Of a stretch of 64,000 bases of DNA, positions 27,809 through 36,335 are shown piece by piece. This stretch comes from a virus: positions 256,001 through 320,000 of the IMG/VR virus record IMGVR_UViG_3300028840_006907. One strand, written 5' to 3'. Below the pieces are notes generated by a model. It made no database searches. It was given only the letters and a program-made list of their open reading frames with translations, and was not told where the DNA came from. Positions within the stretch are counted from its first letter, which is position 1. The number at the start of each line of letters is the position of its first letter. The position numbers and the translations under genes are program-made.

Positions 27809-28537
27809 GTGTATGCACTCCCTTCGAAATGGATCTCAAAAATTATGAAAATTACGATAGCTTCCTGTATAAGAAAAACTGCACTGCAATCAAAAGCTGA
27901 TCACTGGGCTTCTAAGATCAGAGACAATTATGATATGACCTGTGAGTTTGGTCCAAAAGTCTATGATGGTCATTTAATCCTTAGAGAAGTATACAATATA
28001 TTAAAACCGGTTCCACCAGCCCTTATAAAAGATTGTGGTATTAAGAAGCTCCTGATTCGGGGAGACATGGGTCCGAATAAACCGTATTATCCGAATCACG
28101 GATATTTTGTAGGTGATCAAGTAGCATTAAATGCTGATATTTTCCACCATCCTGATTTACCCGATGATTTTTTTGATCATCGTGGGTATTTTCTAACTCG
28201 TCCTCAACAGACACTTTTACATGAAGTTTCTCATGCATTCGATTTTCATAACGGTGAATTATCTAGAAAAGAAAATTGGTTAAAATTGTCTGGATGGAGT
28301 GATAGTTTTAGACCCGGTCTTAAACGTCTCATTATTAGTGAGCCTGGTACTCCTCAAATAGTTGGAGATATGTATTATGATCCTAAAGCTGAAGGATTTA
28401 CAAGATTTTATGCTCGTAGAAATAGTGAAGAAGATTGGGCTGATTCTAGTGCCTTTTATATAGGTGGGCTTAAGAATAAAGTGCCTATAAAAAAACATAC
28501 CTATTTTGATAATATTTATAAAAAATATTATCCCTAA
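27809..28537 (+). CDS. putative zinc metallopeptidase (HExxH)
   Basis: 242 aa; GTG start after GGGAG; single HEVSH motif in TLLHEVSHAFDFH; family not assignable by eye. Confidence 0.4.
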   Translation: MYALPSKWISKIMKITIASCIRKTALQSKADHWASKIRDNYDMTCEFGPKVYDGHLILREVYNILKPVPPALIKDCGIKKLLIRGDMGPNKPYYPNHGYFVGDQVALNADIFHHPDLPDDFFDHRGYFLTRPQQTLLHEVSHAFDFHNGELSRKENWLKLSGWSDSFRPGLKRLIISEPGTPQIVGDMYYDPKAEGFTRFYARRNSEEDWADSSAFYIGGLKNKVPIKKHTYFDNIYKKYYP

Positions 28538-28607
28538 CTTTTTAAACTATTATTTTAAATCAGAGATTATAGTATATTTCTAAGATTATACCATAAGATA
28601 TTAAGTA

Positions 28608-29783
28608 ATGATTCCAGAAAATAATTCTCTATTAGATTTGACAGGTGAAAAATTTGGAGACTGGAAAGTTATTTCTCGTGCTTCAAATATTAAAGGCCAT
28701 ACCAGATGGCTTTGTGTCTGTAATTGTGGTAAAAAAGTTCCTGTTTATACCTCAAGTTTAAGGTCAGGAAAATCAACTAGTTGTGGGCATAAGAAAAGAA
28801 ATTTCATAGATTTATCAGGTAAAAGATTTGGTAAGTTATATGTAATTGGTGAGACAACAAAAAACCCTTATACCTATGCCTTAAGATATCGTTCCAAAAA
28901 TAAAGGAAAATGTTGGGAATGTTTATGTGATTGTGGAAATAAATGTATTGTAACTTCTAGGAATTTGTTATCGGGTAATACTAAAAGTTGTGGTTGTTTA
29001 GGGATTTTTTCTGATCCCACTAAAGGTTCTAAAAAGGCTCTTTTTAGAAAATATAAAAGAAGTGCAAAAATAAGAGACCATTCTTTTAATATATCTTTTG
29101 ATCAATTTTTAGTTATGATAGATCAAGAGTGCTTTTATTGTGGAAAAAGTCCTTCTCAAACTTTTAAAGGTAATAGAGAAGATTTTCTTTATAATGGTAT
29201 TGATAGATTAGAGAGTAATAGAGGTTATGAAATAGGTAACATAGTTACTTGTTGTAAAGAATGTAATTATTTAAAATGGACAAAAAGTATTAACGATTTT
29301 TTAATATGGCTAAAAATGTGTTATAATCATTTAAATCTTGAGTTCACTGACTCCCTTTTAACTATCCAAATAAATTCAAATGAAGTGGATATTCAAAATA
29401 ATGAAAAATATAATCTAAGAAAAGATGATCCTTGTTATTACTCTAAGAATACGTTTTATAATGTTTATAAAAATGTTTGTGGTAAGAAAAGAGGGTTAAT
29501 TTTTGAATTGAGTTTTGAGGAATTCTTTTCTATTAGTCAAAGGAAATGTTTTTATTGTGGTATAGAACCTAATAAGCTCTTTAAAAAGGGTTCAAGTAAA
29601 GGATTCTTTTATAATGGTCTTGATAGGATAAATAATGACATGGGTTATATCAAAGATAATATTGTTACTTGTTGTTCAATTTGCAATGAATCTAAGATGA
29701 ATTTAGATCAAAAAATTTTTATTAATAGAATCAAAAAATGCTATGGATATTTAAAGAAATATTATTTAAAAAAATTTTTTTGA
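28608..29783 (+). CDS. tandem HNH-like (His-Me finger/zinc-ribbon) endonuclease-like protein
   Basis: 391 aa; N-terminal CxC..C zinc knuckles; two repeats of CFYCG...YNG(I/L)DR(L/I)..N.GY...NIVTCC..CN..K (HNH-like, His replaced by Arg in DR). Confidence 0.5.
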   Translation: MIPENNSLLDLTGEKFGDWKVISRASNIKGHTRWLCVCNCGKKVPVYTSSLRSGKSTSCGHKKRNFIDLSGKRFGKLYVIGETTKNPYTYALRYRSKNKGKCWECLCDCGNKCIVTSRNLLSGNTKSCGCLGIFSDPTKGSKKALFRKYKRSAKIRDHSFNISFDQFLVMIDQECFYCGKSPSQTFKGNREDFLYNGIDRLESNRGYEIGNIVTCCKECNYLKWTKSINDFLIWLKMCYNHLNLEFTDSLLTIQINSNEVDIQNNEKYNLRKDDPCYYSKNTFYNVYKNVCGKKRGLIFELSFEEFFSISQRKCFYCGIEPNKLFKKGSSKGFFYNGLDRINNDMGYIKDNIVTCCSICNESKMNLDQKIFINRIKKCYGYLKKYYLKKFF

Positions 29784-29865
29784 ATTTTTTGCTTAATACT
29801 TACCCTCCTTCGTGTCGTATAATAGATAGGGTTGATCCAATTTCAACATTTAGTTTAGGAATTTT

Positions 29866-31947
29866 ATGAAACCAACAATTTCTCTTGTAATGGTAGTCTA
29901 TAATGTCAGTAAGACACTTGATAGATGTCTTAAAGGTTTTAGTCAGTGTTCGGATGAAATAGTAGTTGTTATAGATAATAAAACAACGGATAATAGTGAA
30001 GAAATTGCTCGAAAATATACCGATAAAATTTATCATTTCGATTGGATAGATGACTTTTCTGCCGCGAGAAATTTCTCTTTTGATAAGTGCACATGTGATT
30101 TTATCCACTGGTGCGATGGTGATGATTACATTCTTCCTGAAGATATAAAAATGATAAATGATCTAGATCTTACTGATTGGGATATGGTTGTTATGGATTA
30201 TGTCTATGCTCAGGATGAGTTTGGAAATGATAAATCGGTTGTCCCCAGAGAGAGAATTATAAGAAGATCTCTGGGATTGAAATGGGAGGGTGAAATACAT
30301 GAGTGTATTTTACTTCAAGGAAGAGTAAAACATACCCATATCCGAACTTATCATGATAAACAGCATGGGACTTCTGAACGTAATCTTGCCATATTAGAAA
30401 GAATTACTGAGAAAAATCCTAGTTCAAGAAATCTCTATTATCTCGGTAAAGAATATTATGATATGGGTAGAATTGATGAGGCAATTAATTATCTTTTGAA
30501 ATTTCTTGATTGTCCTGATGCCTTTTGGGAAAATGCTTATCAGGCTCATTGTAAATTGGCTATGGCTTATTTACAGAAAAAAGATGAGACTAGATTTAAA
30601 AAGCATATTTTTGAATCGATTAAGATGGAAGACCGTCAGGCAGAACCTATATATTTTCTCGCTTTATATTATATGAATAAAGGTCAATGGGATAGAGCTA
30701 TTCAGTGGTTTGAAGTATGTGCTCATATGGAGCATCCTGCAGATCTTCTAGGTGCTCATTTACCAGAATATTATACATGGTTACCTAATTTAAATCTTTG
30801 TGTTTGTTATAATGCTATTGGTGAAATTGAGAAAGCATACGAATGTAATGAAAAAGTTTTGAAATACCGTTCAAAAGATCCTCGTGCTGTCAGTAATAGA
30901 GAAATTCTTAAAAATGCTTTAAACTCAAAAAAGAAGAAAGAAGATGGTCAAGGTAAAAAACTGAATCTCGGTTGTGGTGGTAAACCTGTAGAGGGTTTTG
31001 TCAGTGTTGATATATTTAAAAGTCCCAAAATTGATGAAGTTTTTGATATGGGTGATATTCCGTATAAAGATAATACTATAGGAGCTATTTATAGTGAGCA
31101 TGCTTTAGAACATGTTTCTTTTGAACGAGTAGAAGAAGTTCTTAAAGAATGGTTTCGAGTTTTACAACCAGGGGGAGAACTTTTCCTTTATATGCCTGAT
31201 TTTGAAAATTGTTGTAAAAGTTATATAAATGCTCCGATTGACCATCCTCATTTTATGAATACTAAAGCTTGGTTTAAATATACTGTCTATGGAATTCAAA
31301 AGAGTCAGGGCGGGGAACCAGATGAAGCCCAGTTCCATCTTAGTGGCTTTTCAAAAGAGGAGATAAAAATAGTATTAGAACGGAATGGTTTTGTTATTGA
31401 TAAAGTAGAAAATTATGGTGGGGAAGGTCAGAAGCCTGATTATGGAACTCCTTCTATGGAAATCCATGCCCGAAAGCCTGAAGTAAAAAAGGAAATAATA
31501 CCTGTCAAGAAAGAGTCTGTGAAAGTGGTAGAGAAACCGAAACCTGTGAAAAAGGATTCGGGTATAAAGGTAGCCTGGATCGGGACTGAGAATTGGGTAG
31601 CTGCTCAGACAAGAATCAGAATATTAAATGTGCATCAATGGTTAAATGACCATGGTATAGAATCGGTGGTAACAAATAACTGCAAGGATGTAATCACGCA
31701 AGATTTTGATGTAGCCATTGTCGGAAAGAGATTTGATGAAGAAATTTATAATGGTGTCAAGGAATTGAAGAAGTCCAATAAAATAGTCTATTGCGATTTA
31801 TGTGAGGATGTTGTTAATTGGGCCTGGGTAAATGAGATAATGGTTGAATGTGATAAAGTTATCTGTTGTTCTAATACTCTTGCTGAGAGGGTGAAGCCAG
31901 TGAATCCTAATGTTGTAGTTATTGAAGATGCCTACGAGATGGTATAA
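29866..31947 (+). CDS. multidomain glycosyltransferase (GT2) / TPR-like / class I methyltransferase fusion
   Basis: 693 aa; N-terminal GT-A motifs (SLVMVVYN, DxD in WCDGDD); central SAM-methyltransferase motifs (LNLGCGGKP, LQPGGELFLYMPD). Confidence 0.65.
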   Translation: MKPTISLVMVVYNVSKTLDRCLKGFSQCSDEIVVVIDNKTTDNSEEIARKYTDKIYHFDWIDDFSAARNFSFDKCTCDFIHWCDGDDYILPEDIKMINDLDLTDWDMVVMDYVYAQDEFGNDKSVVPRERIIRRSLGLKWEGEIHECILLQGRVKHTHIRTYHDKQHGTSERNLAILERITEKNPSSRNLYYLGKEYYDMGRIDEAINYLLKFLDCPDAFWENAYQAHCKLAMAYLQKKDETRFKKHIFESIKMEDRQAEPIYFLALYYMNKGQWDRAIQWFEVCAHMEHPADLLGAHLPEYYTWLPNLNLCVCYNAIGEIEKAYECNEKVLKYRSKDPRAVSNREILKNALNSKKKKEDGQGKKLNLGCGGKPVEGFVSVDIFKSPKIDEVFDMGDIPYKDNTIGAIYSEHALEHVSFERVEEVLKEWFRVLQPGGELFLYMPDFENCCKSYINAPIDHPHFMNTKAWFKYTVYGIQKSQGGEPDEAQFHLSGFSKEEIKIVLERNGFVIDKVENYGGEGQKPDYGTPSMEIHARKPEVKKEIIPVKKESVKVVEKPKPVKKDSGIKVAWIGTENWVAAQTRIRILNVHQWLNDHGIESVVTNNCKDVITQDFDVAIVGKRFDEEIYNGVKELKKSNKIVYCDLCEDVVNWAWVNEIMVECDKVICCSNTLAERVKPVNPNVVVIEDAYEMV

Positions 31948-31956
31948 GGAGTACAA

Positions 31957-32706
31957 ATGGAAGTTAGGAAATTTGAAAATGTCCGAGAACTAATAGATAG
32001 TATGAATTCGGTCGGAAAAAGAATTTGGATTGGGGCTGATGATCCTAAAAATTTGACCTTAAGAGTAGTAGACGAAAATTTAGACTATGCTTTTGAGATA
32101 GGTATGTCTGATATGAAAGATACAGCACATTTATTAAATGCTCAAGAAATCGAAGTTTTCCGAAATAGCAAAGACCACTGGAGATTGGTGAAGGATGTCA
32201 AGATCACTGAGCATCAGAAATATCTAATTAGTCATTCTTATTTCAATGGTATGGCGGATTATTTGAGTAGAATTTACAGTCAAGAGTCGTACTTTAGTGA
32301 TTTACGGTTGAATGGTGAGATCAAGATATTAAAAGAAGGCGAATTACCTTTATACGATATTAATCCAGAAAAAGAAACCTATTGTTTTGGTGAGGATGGT
32401 GAAGAGTTAATAAAGGTTGGATTTAAAAACAGAGTATATGTCCCTCTTTTTGAGATAGCCCAATGTCCTTTAAAAAAGTATAACTCTGTATGGGATGTAA
32501 AGGTAGACGATTTTATTACCAATAATGATTTATTGGAATATGAGAACGATTTTTATGAAAGAATCGTAAAGGAGATAGGGACAAAAGTTAAGATAATTAT
32601 CCCTATAAGAACTCCTATAACTGTTTTACCAGTGACTAACTGGGTTAAAGGTGAATTTGGTTTTTCATCTTTTATTATTCTTGGGATCGGAGTATTTAAA
32701 CAGTGA
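31957..32706 (+). CDS. hypothetical protein
   Basis: 249 aa; RBS TAAGGAG. Confidence 0.55.
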   Translation: MEVRKFENVRELIDSMNSVGKRIWIGADDPKNLTLRVVDENLDYAFEIGMSDMKDTAHLLNAQEIEVFRNSKDHWRLVKDVKITEHQKYLISHSYFNGMADYLSRIYSQESYFSDLRLNGEIKILKEGELPLYDINPEKETYCFGEDGEELIKVGFKNRVYVPLFEIAQCPLKKYNSVWDVKVDDFITNNDLLEYENDFYERIVKEIGTKVKIIIPIRTPITVLPVTNWVKGEFGFSSFIILGIGVFKQ

Positions 32707-33434
32707 TTGATATTTTTATGACCACATGGTTTCGAGAAGAGTTCACACGTAAGTCTATTGAATTGATTCATGAAAGGACTAAACCTGGCACTTTCCAACT
32801 TCATATTTTTGATAATAACAGTGGCCCGAAGATGCGCGAGTATTTAATAGGGCTTTTAAAAAATAAGAAAATAGCATCATTACATCTTGATTCTCGGAAT
32901 ACCGGATGTCTTTATAATAAAGGTATTTTTCATATGATGGTGGAGGATTTTTGTAAATATTATATATGTACAGATAATGATGTCTATCCGCCTAAACTCT
33001 CTCCTGATTGGCTATCCCAGATGATTAAAATTATGGATGCTCATCCTGAACTAGCCTTTCTTGTCCCTCAGATACCCCCTCAGTGGCTTCAGGAACCTGA
33101 TCTTGCTAATTTAAAGGATGATATCGTTTATTGTAAAGCTGTTGGAAACACTTTTAAATTAGTTCGTAGAAAAGCGTTTCCTATATCAGAATTCCGTCCT
33201 GTACTAGGAGCATATGGTGATGATGCTCAGGTATGTGAACAGGTAAAATTACGAAATTATAAAGTAGCGTTTTGTCGGAATATTTTTTGTTATCATGCAG
33301 GACAATGTGAAAATTGGGGTTATAAAAAAGAAGAGATAGATTTGGATCCTCGTAAAGATGGTTACGGTAAACCGTTTAGCTATAAATTAATGAATGAAGA
33401 AACCTATGAACCTTTTCCGGAGAACAAAATATGA
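32703..33434 (+). CDS. putative glycosyltransferase (GT-A fold)
   Basis: 243 aa; GTG start overlapping upstream stop; GT2-like FDNNSG and TDNDV motifs. Confidence 0.45.
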   Translation: MIDIFMTTWFREEFTRKSIELIHERTKPGTFQLHIFDNNSGPKMREYLIGLLKNKKIASLHLDSRNTGCLYNKGIFHMMVEDFCKYYICTDNDVYPPKLSPDWLSQMIKIMDAHPELAFLVPQIPPQWLQEPDLANLKDDIVYCKAVGNTFKLVRRKAFPISEFRPVLGAYGDDAQVCEQVKLRNYKVAFCRNIFCYHAGQCENWGYKKEEIDLDPRKDGYGKPFSYKLMNEETYEPFPENKI

Positions 33435-33778
33435 AAAAGGCCACAGTAATAAGTCTGAGTGTAATAGTAGCTATTCTGGCAATAATTATTATAGTTACAA
33501 TAACTCATAACAGTGGAATAAATCTTACCAATCTTCATGTATCTGAAGATAAAAAAATTGAAGTAAATGAATGGGAACCTATAAAAACAGCCGGTGAAGA
33601 TGAACTAGTAAAAGTAGTTTGGGATCAGAAATATGGAGCTACGAAGACTGAGAATTGTAAAGTTGTATTTGAGAATAAGAAAAAGAAATTGTATAAATTA
33701 ATTGCCCCTGGTCTGGAAGTAGTAATAGAGCGTTCAAATATAAATGATATCTCATTTGAGATTATTAAAAAACAATAG
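33431..33778 (+). CDS. membrane-anchored hypothetical protein
   Basis: 115 aa; N-terminal hydrophobic anchor VISLSVIVAILAIIIIV; ATGA overlap with upstream gene. Confidence 0.55.
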   Translation: MKKATVISLSVIVAILAIIIIVTITHNSGINLTNLHVSEDKKIEVNEWEPIKTAGEDELVKVVWDQKYGATKTENCKVVFENKKKKLYKLIAPGLEVVIERSNINDISFEIIKKQ

Positions 33779-33844
33779 TGGTTCGAATAGATAGACCTAT
33801 ATATGGCACTATTCATTTAACTTTGATGTGTAAAGGAGATTGAA

Positions 33845-34657
33845 ATGAGTGAGTATATTCCTCAAATTTGTATTAGTGCTAGTGATCCTGTTAATTCGGT
33901 AAAAAGTCTACAGGGAAGTATTATAGGTATTCTATTTGAAAAAAAGGGTAAAGAAATTAAAAGTTCTATTTATGATAGACTCAAATCAATAGATAATAAA
34001 ATCAAAGAATATGAATCAGTATGTGGTAAGACTGAATCATTTGTGGAAGAGAAAGAGAAAGAACTAAAATCTTTAAAGGAATTTCATCAAACAAAAGAAG
34101 ACGAAAAAAAGGCTCTATTATTGCCTATTAAAAAGGAAATTGAAGAAAAAATAAAAAGAGCCAATGATATTACTTATGAATTTGATCTTAGTGTGTTTAA
34201 TGCAACAAAAGAGAAAGCGATTGAATTTGAAAAAGGTTTTGATGATATTAAAAATAAATTTGATGAGATAGATAATTTACTTATAAAAGATAGAGCTGTT
34301 ATTAAAGGTGCCAGAGGTATTCAGGGTTCAACAGGTCTTATGGGAGAAACGGGGATTCAGGGAGAACCTGTTCACGGTATAGGTTATGGAAGTGATGGTA
34401 ATATAGGAATAGGTACTGATAACCCTGATTCTATTCTTCATATGGGGACTGATCCAGGAGATAAAGCATATAGTAGATTAAATACACTTAATAATCTTTT
34501 AAAAAAATATATCAATAAACTGGAATCATTAAAAGAAGGTATTAATAGATTGAAAGAAGAAAAGAGACGTCTTCAATTAACCTATGATAATATTGATGAA
34601 TCCAGGGATTACAAATTAGATCTTAATATGTTGTCTGCTTTCGGTTTCGAAAAATAA
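33845..34657 (+). CDS. coiled-coil protein with short collagen-like (G-X-Y)7 segment
   Basis: 270 aa; RBS AAAGGAGA; GARGIQGSTGLMGETGIQGEP flanked by heptad-like K/E-rich sequence. Confidence 0.55.
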   Translation: MSEYIPQICISASDPVNSVKSLQGSIIGILFEKKGKEIKSSIYDRLKSIDNKIKEYESVCGKTESFVEEKEKELKSLKEFHQTKEDEKKALLLPIKKEIEEKIKRANDITYEFDLSVFNATKEKAIEFEKGFDDIKNKFDEIDNLLIKDRAVIKGARGIQGSTGLMGETGIQGEPVHGIGYGSDGNIGIGTDNPDSILHMGTDPGDKAYSRLNTLNNLLKKYINKLESLKEGINRLKEEKRRLQLTYDNIDESRDYKLDLNMLSAFGFEK

Positions 34658-34670
34658 CTGGAGGAATGTT

Positions 34671-35144
34671 ATGAAAATTGTAAAAGCAATGAAAAAAATT
34701 GCCCGGTTGAAAGGGGAAGTACGCGAATTAAAGAAACGCATGAGCCGTTGTTTAAATACCCTAGAAGATAATGAAGATTTTGTTGAATCCTATAAGGATT
34801 TAGAGAAAGAATTACTTCATAAAATTACGATGATTATAAATTTGAAAAGTATTATTATGAAAGCAAATATTGATAATAATATGTTTTCTGTTATTGTGAA
34901 TTTGGGTGAACTTAAGAGTTATATGGAATATTTAAAAGAACTTGAACCTAAATCGGGTTTTAATAGTTTAAATGATTATTCAGATAAAAATGCTGAATTT
35001 AAATCACAATTGACTATAAAAGAAAAGAATGATAAAATTTCTGAATGTCAAAAAGCTATTAATGATTTGACAGATCTATTGGACGATTTTAATGCTACAA
35101 CTAATGTAGAATTTACAGAAATAGATTTAAAATTATTTGAATAA
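34671..35144 (+). CDS. hypothetical coiled-coil protein
   Basis: 157 aa; RBS GGAGGAA. Confidence 0.55.
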   Translation: MKIVKAMKKIARLKGEVRELKKRMSRCLNTLEDNEDFVESYKDLEKELLHKITMIINLKSIIMKANIDNNMFSVIVNLGELKSYMEYLKELEPKSGFNSLNDYSDKNAEFKSQLTIKEKNDKISECQKAINDLTDLLDDFNATTNVEFTEIDLKLFE

Positions 35145-35149
35145 ATAAA

Positions 35150-35340
35150 AAGTGTAGTTGTCCGATGAATAGGTTATAATTTAGTTCAGTTCCGATTGAG
35201 CTTTTTTATAATTTATAAAAAATACATGGTATAAAGATATTGATATTTTCTTAATAATCGTCTTAGGTTTTACAAGTTTTTAGTTTTCAGTTGAGTCGAA
35301 TATCATTGTTCTTTTTTAGTTTTAGTTGACAACTACACTT
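35150..35340. repeat. 13-bp perfect inverted repeat pair flanking a 165-bp AT-rich segment
   Basis: AAGTGTAGTTGTC at 35150-35162 and its reverse complement GACAACTACACTT at 35328-35340. Confidence 0.7.
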
Positions 35341-35361
35341 CCTTTATTAGATAGGAATAAT

Positions 35362-35652
35362 ATGGGTAAACTTCATAAAGAACTTTTTAAAGGATTAAAA
35401 TGGGTCCTTATTGCTATACTTATTATAGCGTTTATGGTGGGAGCCTGGGTAGGGTTGGCATGGTCAATAGGTTGGTTTGTAAATAGATTTTTTGATTTAC
35501 AAAATTTCAGCCCTGAGAGTTACATTTCATTCGGATCTATTATGCTGGTCTTTAATCTAATATTACAAATAATAACTGTAATTATCACCGTATGGGCTCT
35601 TCTTGCCTGGGGAAAATCCCGAGGAATGAATAATTTAAAGGGGGTCAAGTGA
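35362..35652 (+). CDS. small membrane protein (two TM helices)
   Basis: Start at ATG (track TTG start at 35326); hydrophobic LIAILIIAFMVGAWVGLAW and LVFNLILQIITVIITVWALLAW. Confidence 0.5.
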   Translation: MGKLHKELFKGLKWVLIAILIIAFMVGAWVGLAWSIGWFVNRFFDLQNFSPESYISFGSIMLVFNLILQIITVIITVWALLAWGKSRGMNNLKGVK

Positions 35653-36134
35653 ATCGTACAATAGAGATTGATGCTGAATTTTTTGAGCACCTTTTAAATT
35701 GTATGGCAAATCAGAAGTATATCGGATCCCAATTACCTGAAAAAGCTGCCGAGAAACAAAAGATTATTGATGAGGCATGGCGAAAAGGTATGGATATATT
35801 AAATCCTATCGTTAAAACGAAAGATAAAGCAGAGGATGCTTTAAAAAAATTCAATAAGAAACTTCATAAAGATCTCCCCCTTATTACAAAAAAGATAAAA
35901 GATGTAATGGATGACAATAAATATCCAAAGGATTATGTCACTGAATATGCTATGAAGTGGACTTCTGTAAGACAAGATTGTGAGATGTATTGTCTTATAG
36001 CAGAATCGGTAGATAAAGAAGAATTCGAAAAGTTATGTGAAGACAGAAGTTATACCCGGAATATGAGAGATTATATCATAGAGGTTTTAAAACATGTAGG
36101 GTTAGGAGATAATCTTGAACTGGGACATGAATAG
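35649..36134 (+). CDS. hypothetical protein
   Basis: 161 aa; GTG start after AAGGGGG, overlapping upstream stop. Confidence 0.5.
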   Translation: MNRTIEIDAEFFEHLLNCMANQKYIGSQLPEKAAEKQKIIDEAWRKGMDILNPIVKTKDKAEDALKKFNKKLHKDLPLITKKIKDVMDDNKYPKDYVTEYAMKWTSVRQDCEMYCLIAESVDKEEFEKLCEDRSYTRNMRDYIIEVLKHVGLGDNLELGHE

Positions 36135-36315
36135 GTTTGAAAGATGGTTTTTAAAACGGCTTTGTAGAAAGATAGTGACACAGGGTGATCATAAGAGGCG
36201 TATTATTGAACATTATAAAATATTAATGGAAGCTGCAAAAGAAGAATTTACAGAAGAAAATAAGTATGGTCTTGATAGTTTCATGCAAGAATGTTTTGAA
36301 AAAGCACTTAAATAG
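36127..36315 (+). CDS. small hypothetical protein
   Basis: 62 aa from ATG (track TTG start at 36115); overlaps upstream gene end. Confidence 0.35.
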   Translation: MNRFERWFLKRLCRKIVTQGDHKRRIIEHYKILMEAAKEEFTEENKYGLDSFMQECFEKALK

Positions 36316-36335
36316 TAAAGGAAGATAATTGAAAT

